Source: Eledone cirrhosa (taxonomy: Eukaryota). From it: a DNA stretch of 64,000 bases. The notes below the pieces were generated by a model. It was not told the DNA's origin. It made no database searches and saw only the letters and a program-made list of their open reading frames with translations. Where the stretch lies: the NCBI GenBank assembly GCA_964016885.1, contig OZ024740.1, positions 105,896,001 through 105,960,000 on the forward strand, written 5' to 3'. Made by a program: the position numbers and the translations under genes. The stretch's first letter is position 1. Every line of letters begins with the position of its first letter. Below, piece after piece: positions 25,100 to 37,431 of the stretch.

Positions 25100-25706
25100 C
25101 AGGTCACCAGTTGGTGCTACTGGTAACATGTATCCCAGTACAACCTGTCTCATGGTCGGGTCGTTGGCGACTAAACTGGCAACCCTACCAAGGTTTCTTG
25201 GTGAGGAGGGTGACTTTGGACATCCTGCAGGACTAAAAACAAAACCTGTCAAAGGGCAAGGGAGCTCTTAAGACTCAATAGCCATCCAAAATCACCGGGA
25301 GAGATGACCCCTTAGCCTTTGTCAAGGCAGAATTCTAGGAGAAGGAAAACTCTGATATAACACCTGCAACCCTGATGGTATCCAATGATGTTGACTTGTT
25401 CTTCTTTTTGGTAAATATCATCTTGGTTAAGAGAGTGGGACTGGCTTTGTGCAGTGCCTTTGCTCACTATAAAAGCTTCACAGCACAGGCATTGCTTTAT
25501 ATCTGGAGATCTCTCTGCACTTGTCATCACATGGTACCATGGGCCCTGCACTATGTGTCAATAATGGTCACAAGTGTAGTCTTTGTACCAGAGTTTTCAA
25601 GTCGCTGGCTGGACTAAAAAGTCACATTCGTTCAGCGCATCGGTAGGGGTTCTCCTACATGGATATAAAGTAGTGGCCGTACTCGAAAACGAGTTGGCAG
25701 CCACCA
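25100..25706 (+). mobile_element. Non-autonomous bipartite RTE-derived element, copy 1, (TATG)n tail
   Basis: 5'UTR-like part fused to an ORF end encoding HKCSLCTRVFKSLAGLKSHIRSAHR* (C2H2), then the hairpin ctcgaaaacgag; repeated at 26446. Confidence 0.72.
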
Positions 25707-25793
25707 TGTATGTATGTATGTATGTATGTATGTATGTATGTATGTATGTATGTATGTATGTATGTATGTATGTATGTATGTATGTATGTATGT

Positions 25794-26389
25794 CAGGTCA
25801 CTCTTGAGTGCTACTGGTAACATGTAACCCAGTACAACCTGTCGCATGGTCGGTGACTAAACCGACAACCCACCAAGTTTACTTCGTGAGGAGGGTGATT
25901 TTGGACACCCTGCAGGACAAAAAAAAAACCTGACAAAGGGCGGAAGAACTCATAAGGGTCAACGGTCATCCAAAAGTGTGTAAATATGTATATACACATG
26001 TATATGTGTATACACATGGGTGTATGTGTATATATATATGCTATGGGACTTAGAAATTGACAGACTGGACACCCGATCGCGCGGTTAAACCACTGGGAGT
26101 GAAGCACCCCTAACTTTTATCAGGGCATACTTCTAGGAGAAGGCAACTCAGGAAACTGGGATAACTCCGATATAAAACCTGCGGCTCGATAGTTACCGAT
26201 GATGTTGATCTATTCTTCTTTTCGGGGTATAGCTACTGTCGCTCAGAGAGTGGGATTGGCTCAGTGCACAGTCTTTCCTCACTTTAAAAAAGTCACGCAC
26301 AGGCATTGCACGATAGAATTAATTAATAATTATTAATAATGTTATATCGTGCAATGGCCCTACTCGATAACAAGGGGGCAGCCATCATC
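25794..26389 (+). mobile_element. Related, diverged non-autonomous RTE-derived element
   Basis: Shares 5' motif (caggtcac..tactggtaacatg) and 3' motif (ggcc.tactcga..ggcagcca) with the flanking copies; flanked by TATG. Confidence 0.65.
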
Positions 26390-26396
26390 ATGTATG

Positions 26397-26430
<34 letters not shown>

Positions 26431-26445
26431 TGTATGTATGTATGT

Positions 26446-27051
26446 CAGGTCACCAGTTGGTGCTACTGGTAACATGTATTCCAGTACAACCTGTCCCATG
26501 GTCGGGTCGTTGGCGACTAAACTGGCAACCCCACCAAGGTTTCTTGGTGAGGAGCGTGACTTTGGACATCCTGCAGGACTAAAAACAAAACCTCTCAGAT
26601 GGCAAAGGAGCTCTTAAGAGTCAATGGCCATCCAAAATCACCGGAAGAGATGACCCCTTAGCCTTTGTCAAGGCAGAATTCTAGGAGAAGGAAAACTCTG
26701 ATATAACACCTGCAACCCTGATGGTATCCAATGATGTTGACTTGTTCTTCTTTTTGGTAAATATCATCTTGGTTAAGAGAGTGTGACTGGCTTTGTGCAG
26801 TGCCTTTGCTCACTATAAAAGCTTCACGCCACAGGCATTGCTTTATATCTGGAGATCTCTCTGCACTTGTCGTCACATGGTACCATGGGCCCAGCACTAT
26901 GTGTCAATAATTGTCACAAGTGTAGTGTTTGTACCAGAGTTTTCAAGTCGCTGGCTGGACTAAAAAGTCACACTCATTCAGCGCATCGGTAGGGGTTCTC
27001 CTACATGGTTATAAAGTAGTGGCCGTACTCGAAAACGAGTTGGCAGCCACC
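26446..27051 (+). mobile_element. Non-autonomous bipartite RTE-derived element, copy 2
   Basis: Highly similar to 25100-25706; (TATG)n on both sides. Confidence 0.75.
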
Positions 27052-27074
27052 ATGTATGTATGTATGCATGTATG

Positions 27075-28319
27075 TTTCTCGTTCTCTTAATTTCGAGTAC
27101 TTTTTGACCGGCCACCTGCCTGGTGGCAAGGTTGTAAAAGAAGAGAAATTGTCATCACTTGAATCACATGAATGTTTTGCAAATGTTGAATGTACCAGCT
27201 TTCTCAGCCATTTGTAATCTATGAATTAGGGAGCTACGTTTATTGTCCACAAATCCAAGTTCAGTCATATTTTGGTCCAAGCGGCTTGGTATATAACCTG
27301 TAACTCCAATAAGGATGGGTGTGAAGCTGAAAGTGTATCTTGCAAATTCCTCATCAATTGTCGTAGATGTCCTCCTTCTCATGTATTTTTCTTACGAAGT
27401 TGACATCAAGTGAGCAGCTGATCTCTGCAACAGAGCACATTTTCAATGTGTGGTCCCAAACAACAATATCAGGCCGGTTGTGCTTTAATTTGATAGCAGT
27501 TTTTATTTGTAGGTTCCACCAGTATTCCTATCTCAACATATTCCTCCTCATTTGTTTTTTTAATTTTGTTTTCCTAAGTGCGTTCCAGATGGTTCTAGCT
27601 ATCACATCATGTCTCATAAGGAGGTAGTAGTGAGACGGTATTCTTTCGCAGTTGACAATAATGTGGCTAACATCTTCGATCTTTGTTTTACATAGCCTAC
27701 ATTTATTGTCGACTGATGGTCCTCCTCTTTTGTGTAAAAGATATTTGGTAGGGATTTCTTGTTCCTGCATTGTATAGAGATATTCTTTAAGGTGGGATAT
27801 CATAAACTTGTCGGAACTCCATACCAGGCTTTTTGAATGATTTATCCACTCTGTATTTTGAATGATTTATCCACTGTGATTTATCCACTCTGTGTTTTTC
27901 GTCTCAGGGTCCCATGCACAACTTTCTCTGCAAATTGGTCCATTTTTTCTATTCTTGTTTGGACATTGAATAGGATCTTCCAATGTTCGTGGGTGAGAGA
28001 TTTTATATCAGGCAGTATTCCATATCTCTCCTGCAGATCAGTGGCTATCCTAATGATATTATTTCCTTCATGCTCATAAACTTGGTCAAGATGGTTGCTG
28101 ACCTTTCTCGTCTGTTGAAGATGTTGCTTTAGTGTTATTATCCGGGTCTCGTACGATGTTAATATGGATTTTAGACAACAGCCACCTTCCTTGCGTGAGA
28201 AGTATAGTCTATCCACATCACCATTGATGTTAAAGTTTCTAGTAACACTGAGAAGCTTGCGAGTTCTTACATCCATCTCATTTAGTTCTTGCAATGGCCA
28301 TTTCAGCGGGTCAAATTTT
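27075..28319 (-). mobile_element. RLE-type (R4/Dong-like) LINE family D, 5'-truncated, (CATA)n tail
   Basis: DVRTRKLL..DVDRLY..RKEGG; QEQ; CRLCK..EDVSHIIVNC; RHD; RPDIVVWD on the minus strand; flanked by TATG tracts 27052-27074 and 28320-28430. Confidence 0.82.
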
Positions 28320-28534
28320 GTATGTATGTATGTATGTATGTATGTATGTATGTATGTATGTATGTATGTATGTATGTATGTTTGTATGTATGTCTGTATG
28401 TATGCATGTATGTATGTATGTCTGTATGTATTTATCTTTCTTTTTATCTATAACTCTTTTCTAAACCCACTGCTTCTTCCAATGGTCAGTGTACTACTCT
28501 GATTTGGAATCTTCCCGGTCTTGATAGCACATGC

Positions 28535-28613
<79 letters not shown>

Positions 28614-28789
28614 TTGTATTTATTTTATTTGAATATGGAGTCTGGCTAGTGTCCATATTCAAATAAAAATATATATTCTGTGAGTTTGACAAATATGAGA
28701 GGTCATTTGTTGATACTTTGATGATGATCCAATATCTGTCAATTTGTCTGTCTGTCCATCTATCTACATTTCTATACAACTACAGGTCA

Positions 28790-28948
28790 AGCAATACCCG
28801 AGGAAAATGGGCGTCTGGCATATCGAATGTGCTCAAGCGCTCACAGTCCTCTGGCAAACGGACTCGGCGATCAGTGGAGACTCCACTTCGACATTCTATG
28901 TGTTATGTCTATGGTGAAAGAGGTTATATGGTGGACGAGGTTAAAATC

Positions 28949-28950
<2 letters not shown>
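28790..28950 (+). mobile_element. Diverged Tx1-related ORF2 C-terminal fragment
   Basis: CVMSMVKEVIWWTRLK resembles AMVKEIVWWTRLK of Tx1-A/B. Confidence 0.55.
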
Positions 28951-29024
<74 letters not shown>

Positions 29025-29518
29025 TAAATGTGTGTGTAATTATGTGTGTGTGAGTTATGCGAATGAGTACTGTATGTGTGAATGTGTGCTGTATGCATGC
29101 ATAATATTATTGCAAAGATCTGGATTGATATAAATAATTATTGTTAGGATTTGTGATAAAGAGCCTGATGTAATTGACTATTACCACAATAACTGAAATT
29201 ATCTGTATTTCTAAGAAAAGTTTTATTCCTGGAGCAGTATGCGCTGATGAAAGTTAAGAGGAAATAGCCAAGCGATAAAGGCATTTGACTACCAGATTTA
29301 TACAAACTATATGCATTTCTCAGTGTCTCTTGGCATCTAACTGACGTAGGCGGAAATATATATATAAGACAGTATGATAATGTGATGTCTCCTGCAATAA
29401 ACTGAATTCAAACTTGTTAAACGTAACAAAGCTTCGTACTTATATTTAGTTATACGAGTGCATGTGATATAGAAAATTACTAAGCATTTTGCCAGCGAGT
29501 TATAAATATTAATAAGCT

Positions 29519-30203
29519 TAAGGATGGTTGATTGTCAAAATCTTTATAGGAATGGACAAAATTCCTTGCGGTATTATTTTTGTTCTTACATTCTGAGTTC
29601 AAATCCTGTCAGAGTCAACATTGTCGTTCACCCCTTCGGGGACGATAAATAGAGAACCATTTGAATACCGAGAGCGTTTATTATCACTTTCTTTTCTCCC
29701 TGAAAGAAATTATATGTGGTCAGACATGGACTGTTTCAGTCAGCTTTAATATATCTTATGCATGTCGTACGTAAGGGCGAAGCCACTATGTCTCCTTCAT
29801 GAGTTGGTTGAGGTCACAAACAAAAAAGGAAAGAAGGAAGGAAAGTTTATATCATTGGACGAAATATTTTTAAATATTTATTTTTTTTGTACGTACTGAG
29901 TTCAAGTACCACTAGAGTCGACTTTAAATTTTATTATTCCAGGGTCGATAAAGTTAATTACCAGACTAATGCTGGGTCGAGGTTCTCGATTACACCCTTT
30001 TCAAAAATGTATCAGTTGTATCGCAGTATCGGTAGAGGGTCAGATGTCATGCTTTGCAGCAAAGAGTGACGGCCCTTTATGGTCTGAGTTCAAATCCCGC
30101 CGAGGTTAACTTTGCCTTCCATCCTTACGGGGTCGATAAAATAAAGTACCAGTAATACACTGGAATAATTGCTGGCCTTGTGCCAAAAGTAGAAACAATT
30201 ATT
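29519..30203 (+). mobile_element. Cluster of SINE copies (degenerate at ~29519-29670 and ~29895-29970; better preserved at ~30020-30203)
   Basis: ctgagttcaaatcc..ttgccttccatccttacggggtcgataaaataaagtaccag..ggccttgtgccaaaagtagaaacaatt. Confidence 0.75.
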
Positions 30204-30329
30204 TATGAAATTAGGTGAGGGACTAAAGAATACTGAATGATGAAGCTGGCGGCATTACTGCACCAGCTCTTGCAATTCTTGTACTTAATTCAGCCGCCTG
30301 CCTTCCACACGGCTCCGAGATACTTGAAC

Positions 30330-30864
30330 TTTCATTCACTTGTAGAGTAATCAGAGAAAGAAAGGTAGTGTAAAAGTCAAACTCACTATCTTCAATTCGG
30401 TATTCGTGCCAACCCTTACCTATGGTCATGACTATTGGATAATAACCGAAAGAATACGATCGCGAATACAAGCGGTCGAAATGGGGTTTCTCCGGAGGGT
30501 CTTTGGAGTAACGTTGCTCGATAGAGTGCGTAGCTCGGAGATCAGAGGGAACTCCAAGTAGAGCCCTTACTTCTCCGAATTGAGAAATCATAGCTCCGAT
30601 ACTATGGGCATGTGGTTACAATGTCTCAGGAAACAATCACTGGATAGATTTTACGGGCAAAACCAACCGGCAGGAAATCTAGGGGTAGACCCCGAGCAAG
30701 ATGATTGGATAACATCCATGAGCTTGGCTGACCATGCTTGGGGATCCAGCTGGATCACTTGGAGACGGTTGCTTTTGACAGGAACTGTTGGAATGAGTGT
30801 TTAAGGACGCTGCCCCCCCCCCCCCCCCCCACTCCCCCCACGACCCTCTCAGAAATAAGTGGAA

Positions 30865-30911
<47 letters not shown>

Positions 30912-30946
30912 AGAAGAAGAAGAAGAAGAAGAAGAAGAAGAAGAAG
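30330..30946 (+). mobile_element. RTE-clade (Expander/Rex3-like) LINE 3' fragment with (GAA)n tail
   Basis: Translates KLTIFNSVFVPTLTYGH..W, EMGFLRR, LRYYGHV, RGRPRAR; followed by a (GAA)n run. Confidence 0.8.
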
Positions 30947-31168
30947 ATAGACTAAAAAGCACAAAGTATGTTCCTTGGGAGACGGCTGCACGTCTGTTTT
31001 AATCCTGGCTAATTTCATTTACCCAGCTAATACCATTACAAAAAAAAAATACTTACTTACATAGTTTGGCAATGACTCAATGAGGTTGCCTTTACACGAC
31101 AATTCTACTTGCTGAAAATAAAAGACGAATTTCCCTGAAATCCCGCTATACCACTTTAAAAACTCATA

Positions 31169-31718
31169 TGGGAAGAAAGCAAAAATAATAGATATTAACA
31201 TTGATATAAGAGAGGAAAGCAAGAAGCACATGAAAAGCATGATGATATAGACATAATTAGGAATCAGCAGCTAGGGTCATTAAATAAACTTAAAAACAAG
31301 CTGGTATAAAGAAGAAAAAAAAGCTGCTAAAAAAAAGCTGCTTTAAGCATAATGCAGGGATATTATATACTGACAAATTTACATACAACAAAAGCATTGT
31401 AACAGTCTATAAAAGCTAGTGCATGGATAAAATATAAACTTAAATTTAAGAATGTAAAAATACATCTTCAAGTTTATATTTGATCCATGCACTAGCTTTT
31501 ATAGACTGTTGTAATGCTTTTGTTGTATGTAAATATGTCAGTATATGATATGCCTGCATTATGCTTAAATTTCCTTTCTTTATATCAGCTTATTTAAATT
31601 TTTTTTTAATGCCCCTAACTGCTGATTCCTAATTATATCTATATGATCATGCTTTTCATGTTCTTCTTGCTTTCCTCTCTTATATCAATGTTAATATCCA
31701 TTATTTGCTTTCTTCCCA
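31169..31718. repeat. Long imperfect inverted repeat (arms of ~250-275 bp), probably an inverted PLE pseudo-LTR
   Basis: 31169-31443 is the reverse complement of ~31469-31718; a hammerhead motif follows. Confidence 0.85.
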
Positions 31719-31762
31719 GAATATTCTTTGACATAGTTATCTGTGTTCTAACTTTTGATTTA

Positions 31763-31808
31763 TACTCCGATGAAATAGCCTTGTGCTTAGATGAAACGAT
31801 CGTTAGTA
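31763..31808 (+). ncRNA. Degenerate minimal hammerhead ribozyme
   Basis: tact-CCGATGA-stem II-GAAA-cgatcg-TT-agta; palindromic stem III; U4 changed to C. Confidence 0.6.
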
Positions 31809-33153
31809 ATTAAATGTTATTAAACACTCTTTGCGTGTTGTAGGAAGCAACTAAAATGTTGGTGCTCTAGGATGGTGTCCAGCTGTAAAACATTGCCTCA
31901 AAAGTACCTGATAGTGAGTCTGACAGATAACTCTTGCTTTTATTTAATCAATGGTCTTAAAACGCTTATTGTCGTCACTCTCTCCATGACGTAGACAAAC
32001 GTTAAATCATTAATACTGGGCAACCATTTTCTCCATTATCAACATAGTCCCTAGTCTTTATCTCTTCTGATTGACACTACATCTCTACCATTAACCAATC
32101 AAAATATACACAAAGATCTCCAAACATAGAGCTTCCAATATCACATTATCTAATGAATCATATTTCCAAGAAGTCAGTATGAGATTTGAAGTAAAATTTG
32201 GCTGGTACGTATAGTGACTGATATTACTTAGTATGAAGAAAAGGGGCAGTTTACAAAGCCTCTCCAGGCCTTCCTAAACTATCTGGAAAGGAACAATTAT
32301 TTGGGATCTAAAAGAAAGGTGTAAAAGAAGTACTAAGACGAAAAGTACGGAGCATAGTATTTGTATTGTAACAATAATATAGTATTTGTAACAATAGGAG
32401 GAGTAAGGATGCTACGTCAAGTTCTCCTCGATAGAATCGGTAGATGGGGCGGAATCGCTACGAGTGTTGGACGAAATATCTTGGATTTTTATTCCAGCAT
32501 TTTGCGTTCTGAGGCCAGGTCCCGTCGTGGTACACTAGGGGAGTATACTTTAGCTGGTATTTGGAAGTTTTTGGTGATGAGCATTCAATAAAACTCTCAA
32601 TTAGCTGATGCATTTTTGCCTCTCTGAATGCAAGCTTTAAGGCCTTGAAAAGAGGTACGGGCAGCGACCTTCATTTGACAATGCCCGACTTTGAAAACAA
32701 CAATAGTTGGCTTGGTGTGCTTCTGTGAAATAAAACCAGCTAACGAGAAATAAACAATTGAGGTGTTGTTAGAGATCCAGAAAATAAATCATCGCTCAAA
32801 ATAGGATCTTGCAGCTCTAGCATAGCAACAATTCCTGCATGACGTACAACAAACATTCTACGTATCACGTGAAAGTGTGCAGAAGAAAGATCGCTAACTA
32901 CCATTTCCCTGGTTAATTTTATTGAAGCCGTTATGACATCATGTTTCAATACATGCTGCAATAGCAAAGGAAATAGCCGAGTAACGATAGCAACGACACC
33001 CAAGAACATAAACAGGTAGTATACTGACAATGTTCGTTACAGAAAACGACAAAACATATATTTTACACATGACACAAGACATTTCAAGGTTTTTATTTTT
33101 TATTTTTTGGTTGTTTTTCTTTGTTTTTCGAAATATTCGCTTTCGGTGTGAAG

Positions 33154-33241
<88 letters not shown>

Positions 33242-33267
33242 TATATATATGTATATGTATATATGTA

Positions 33268-33317
<50 letters not shown>

Positions 33318-34369
33318 AACGTATACATACATACATATATATGCATATACATATATATCAAATTGAAAAAACAAACAGAGTTAAAAACCCACGTTAGTCA
33401 CCTGTAATTTAATGAGCTCGAGGATAGACACCGTGATCTTTATAATACTTGCATATATGTATATATATGCGTGTATATATATATATATATATACACACAC
33501 ATGTGTGTGTGTAAGAGAGAGAGTATGTATGTACAATACAGTCGAGTGTCTGTCTTCAGAGAAGACACTATTTGAGCAATTCAGTAATATTTCTATTATA
33601 AATTCTTTTACTTACATATCATTAGATTAAGTTGAAATATTATTTTCTCGTTATCCTTGTATATCTTATGTAATAAAAGCGTACTATTTCGTTTAGGTTT
33701 CCTAGTTTGATTTAGCAGTGCTTATGTAGGTATATATTTATGTATGTATGTATGCGTGTATGTATGCGTGTATGTATATTTTAAAGACAAGATAGCTACC
33801 GCCCAGGGCGTTCAATAACTGAGTAAGCTATTGGGTAAACGGAAGAAGGAGGGAAGAAAAGAGAAAACAGTGAAAAAAAAACACAACAAACCGAGCAATA
33901 TGTGAGCAACTATAAGTAGGAAATCCAAGACCACTCGATAAGAAAACTTAAGTTAAAGGCTGAGTGGTCGAGAGGAAAGAGACACACGTCCGATCACCGC
34001 AGTTGTAAGTGAGAAGGGAACTGCTAAACGGTCAGGCGAGGGGGTGAAAGTGAGAGGGAGAAAGGGAGAGGAAGAAAGTGGGGTAAGAGTAGATAGGGAG
34101 AAAGATAGGAGAAGAGAGAGGGAGGAGAATAGAAAGTAGCGAAATAGGTAGGTAGAAGGGGAGAGATGAATGGTCACAGCGAAAACAAATATATGTGTAG
34201 TTGCTATTTAAGGTAACTTAAATTGCAGTGGGAATATATATACAATATATACAATTATATATACATACCTAATCACACACACGCATATATATATATATAA
34301 TTGTCAATAGCATATACACCTCTCTTTCTCTCTCTCTCGTTCACTCTCGATATATATATATATCTCGTC

Positions 34370-34730
34370 TATATATGCGATGTACTCTCAGGCCCCGATG
34401 AAAAAAGAAACTCGTACATCGGGATGACTTCTAATAGTTTTAAGACTCGCTGGTACCCCCACATACATTCGTTCCGGCGCCCAGACAAATCTAACCAAAC
34501 TACACTCGCCGCCCACATCTGGCACCTTAAAAGGAACTCCATCCTCTTCAAGACCCAATGGAGACTAGTCCAGAGAGCGCGATCCTACACGGGAGGCCAT
34601 AATTGCTGTGACCTCTGTATCTCCGAGAGCTATGAGATTCTATTCGCCAAAGGCCCTCTCCTCAACAAGATCTCGGAACACTCCCCTAATTGCATGCACA
34701 AGAACTATGCAAATTACAAAAAACTACAGA
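34370..34730 (+). pseudogene. PLE-type GIY-YIG endonuclease domain; no RT seen
   Basis: LVY.C....YIGMTSNSFKTRWYPH..SF...TTLAAHIWHLK...W...CDLCISE...LN...CMH. Confidence 0.8.
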
Positions 34731-35017
34731 CCCCCCCGGCCCCCCCGACTGCCCCCCCTATCACCACCCCACCCCCGTCCCCCATCCCAATTCCGTCCCT
34801 CCATCTCTCATTATTACCCTCTCTCCTCCCCCTCTATCTCTCATTATTACCTTCTTTCCTCCCCTCCAGGTCTTATATATTGTGTTGTATGCCTCTGAGT
34901 AAAGTTCCGTGGCCGCACACACAAATTCACGTATATACCTGCTCATGTTTGCATACGTGCAGTTATGGACTGCTGCACGCACACGTTCGTGATTTATTTA
35001 TCTATTTATCTGTATAT

Positions 35018-35052
<35 letters not shown>

Positions 35053-35316
35053 CTTATTTACTGGTTTATTTGTTTATCTGTTTGTTTGTTTGTTTGTTAG
35101 TTAACTCATTCATTTATTTATTAATTTATGAGTGAATGATTAGGTAATGAATAGATAAAAGATAAAAGATAGGTAACGAATAGTGAATGGTAAATAGTAA
35201 ATAATAAATAGTAATTAATTACGTGATGATAATATTAATAACTTAGTAGTGATATTAATTATTTTAATCCTCTATCAGGCCCAGTTTAAAATCCACTACC
35301 ATTATATTATAGACAC

Positions 35317-35499
35317 GGTGGTGGATTAGCAATATCGGTAGAGTGTCGGACGCCATGCTTTCCAGCATAGTTACGTCCTTTACGATCTGAGATCAAATCC
35401 CGCCGAGGTTGACTTTGCCTTTCATCCTTACGGGGTCGATAAAATAAAGTACCAGTAATGCACTGGGTATTTGCTGGCCTTGTGCCTAAAGTAGAAACA
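35317..35499 (+). mobile_element. Full-length tRNA-derived SINE (Meta-domain-like core) with 16-bp TSD
   Basis: TSD attatattatagacac at 35301-35316 and 35500-35515. Confidence 0.88.
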
Positions 35500-35644
35500 A
35501 TTATATTATAGACACATGTATGAGTGCGAACGAGTGCGTGTTTGTGCCTATGCGTTTATGTGTACTTATTTGTATGTATGTATGTGTATGTAGGCGTGTG
35601 TGCTTGTATATGTGTATGTGTGTGTATGTATATATGTATATATA

Positions 35645-35683
<39 letters not shown>

Positions 35684-35878
35684 TTATATATGTATGTGTG
35701 TGTGTATATGTAGATATATATATGTGTGTGTATGTGTATGCGTGTGTGTGTGTATATTTGTGTGTTTGTGTTTTTTCTTGTGTATATATGGATATATGTG
35801 TATGTATGTATGTGTGTGTGTGTGTATATGTATGTGTGTGTATATGTATATATATATGTGTATACACACACACATATA

Positions 35879-35953
<75 letters not shown>

Positions 35954-35966
35954 ATGTGTAGGTATG

Positions 35967-36001
<35 letters not shown>

Positions 36002-36006
<5 letters not shown>

Positions 36007-36194
36007 AACCAGTAAGACCCCGACAGCTGAGCTCAAGCCGTTTCGACGGCTAATTCTGGACAGAATTAGCCGTCGAAACGGCTTGAGCTCAGCTGTCGGG
36101 GTCTTACTGGTTCCTATTACCCACTCTACTACCTCAAGTATTGAGTACTTTGGTGCGTTATGGTCCACCTGGTTCCTTACCACATTTCCTTCGT

Positions 36195-36225
<31 letters not shown>

Positions 36226-36238
36226 ATGTGTAGGTATG

Positions 36239-36289
<51 letters not shown>

Positions 36290-36352
36290 CGAAGGAAATG
36301 TGGTAAGGAACCAGGTGGACCATAACGCACCAAAGTACTCAATACTTGAGGT
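36002..36352. mobile_element. Palindromic PLE pseudo-LTR-like remnant in (TA)n
   Basis: Near-perfect hairpin 36002-36117, tail to 36196, inverted tail copy 36288-36352; a relative lies at 57643-57812. Confidence 0.7.
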
Positions 36353-36984
36353 ATATATATATATGTGTGTGTAAGTGTTTTTGTATGTGGTTGTGAGTAT
36401 GTAAATATATTTTATTCTTTCCATTCTACAAAAACACTCTGGCCACCTGTGGCTTGTATGTTAACTTGACCACTCACCTCAGTCTGTGCCATGATTCAGT
36501 CTTGTTTAATGTTTAATTTCTATTACCAACCCACCTAAAAAATATATATAACTGTTGAATTACTATTCTTGGGTTTTTTATTTACTTATTTATTTATTTT
36601 TTTATTTATTTTATTTATTTATTTATTCATTAATCTATTTATTCATTTATTTATTTATTTACTTATTTATTTATTTCAAAAAAGCACTCTGGCTAATTGA
36701 CCACTCCCCAAAGAAAAAACGGCCTGTGCCATGTTGTGGTCCTGTGTATCTAAATACCATCCTACCCCCCCCCCCCCCTCCCCCAGCCACCACCCCTCCC
36801 TTACCACTACCTAAATGTATAAATACCAGAACTTAATATGACACCCAGCTTTCTGAAGATTTCATCTGAATGAAACAGTACTAGTCCTGTAGAAGCTCCT
36901 TCTATAAAATAAACAAATTTTACTCTGCCATGTATTGAGTACCTTACTTACTGTGGTTATCCCCGACTCAACCCGGGACCTACG

Positions 36985-37033
<49 letters not shown>

Positions 37034-37371
37034 ATGTGAGTGTGTGTGTGTGTGTATTTATATATACACACATACATATATACACATACTCACATTTACA
37101 TGTGCATACATAAATAGATACAAACATAGATGCATATATACACACACATACATAAACATATGCTCACACATACATACACACACATACAAACATGTGTCAA
37201 TGTGTGATAAATTTCATGAGTATTACTTTGGTTTCCTCTGTGCAAATTATTCTATTATTACTTCTTCTAATGTATTAAAGATACCTTACGTTAGATTTAA
37301 TATATTTCAAATGATGTAATATATACATACTTTTGCACACACACATACACACACACTCATAAAATATACAA

Positions 37372-37431
<60 letters not shown>

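Noticed and set aside
24747-28430. CRISPR-like repeat/spacer array
   Set aside because: The repeats are simple microsatellites, the spacers are retroelements, and there are no cas genes
29240-29375. CTGATGA ... GAAA tatatata possible hammerhead (weaker candidates at ~16230, ~37735, ~57445 and ~57570)
   Set aside because: Stem I or the core could not be fitted convincingly
32740-33030. 96-aa minus-strand ORF in non-repetitive-looking DNA, possible host exon
   Set aside because: No recognisable motif or supported splice structure
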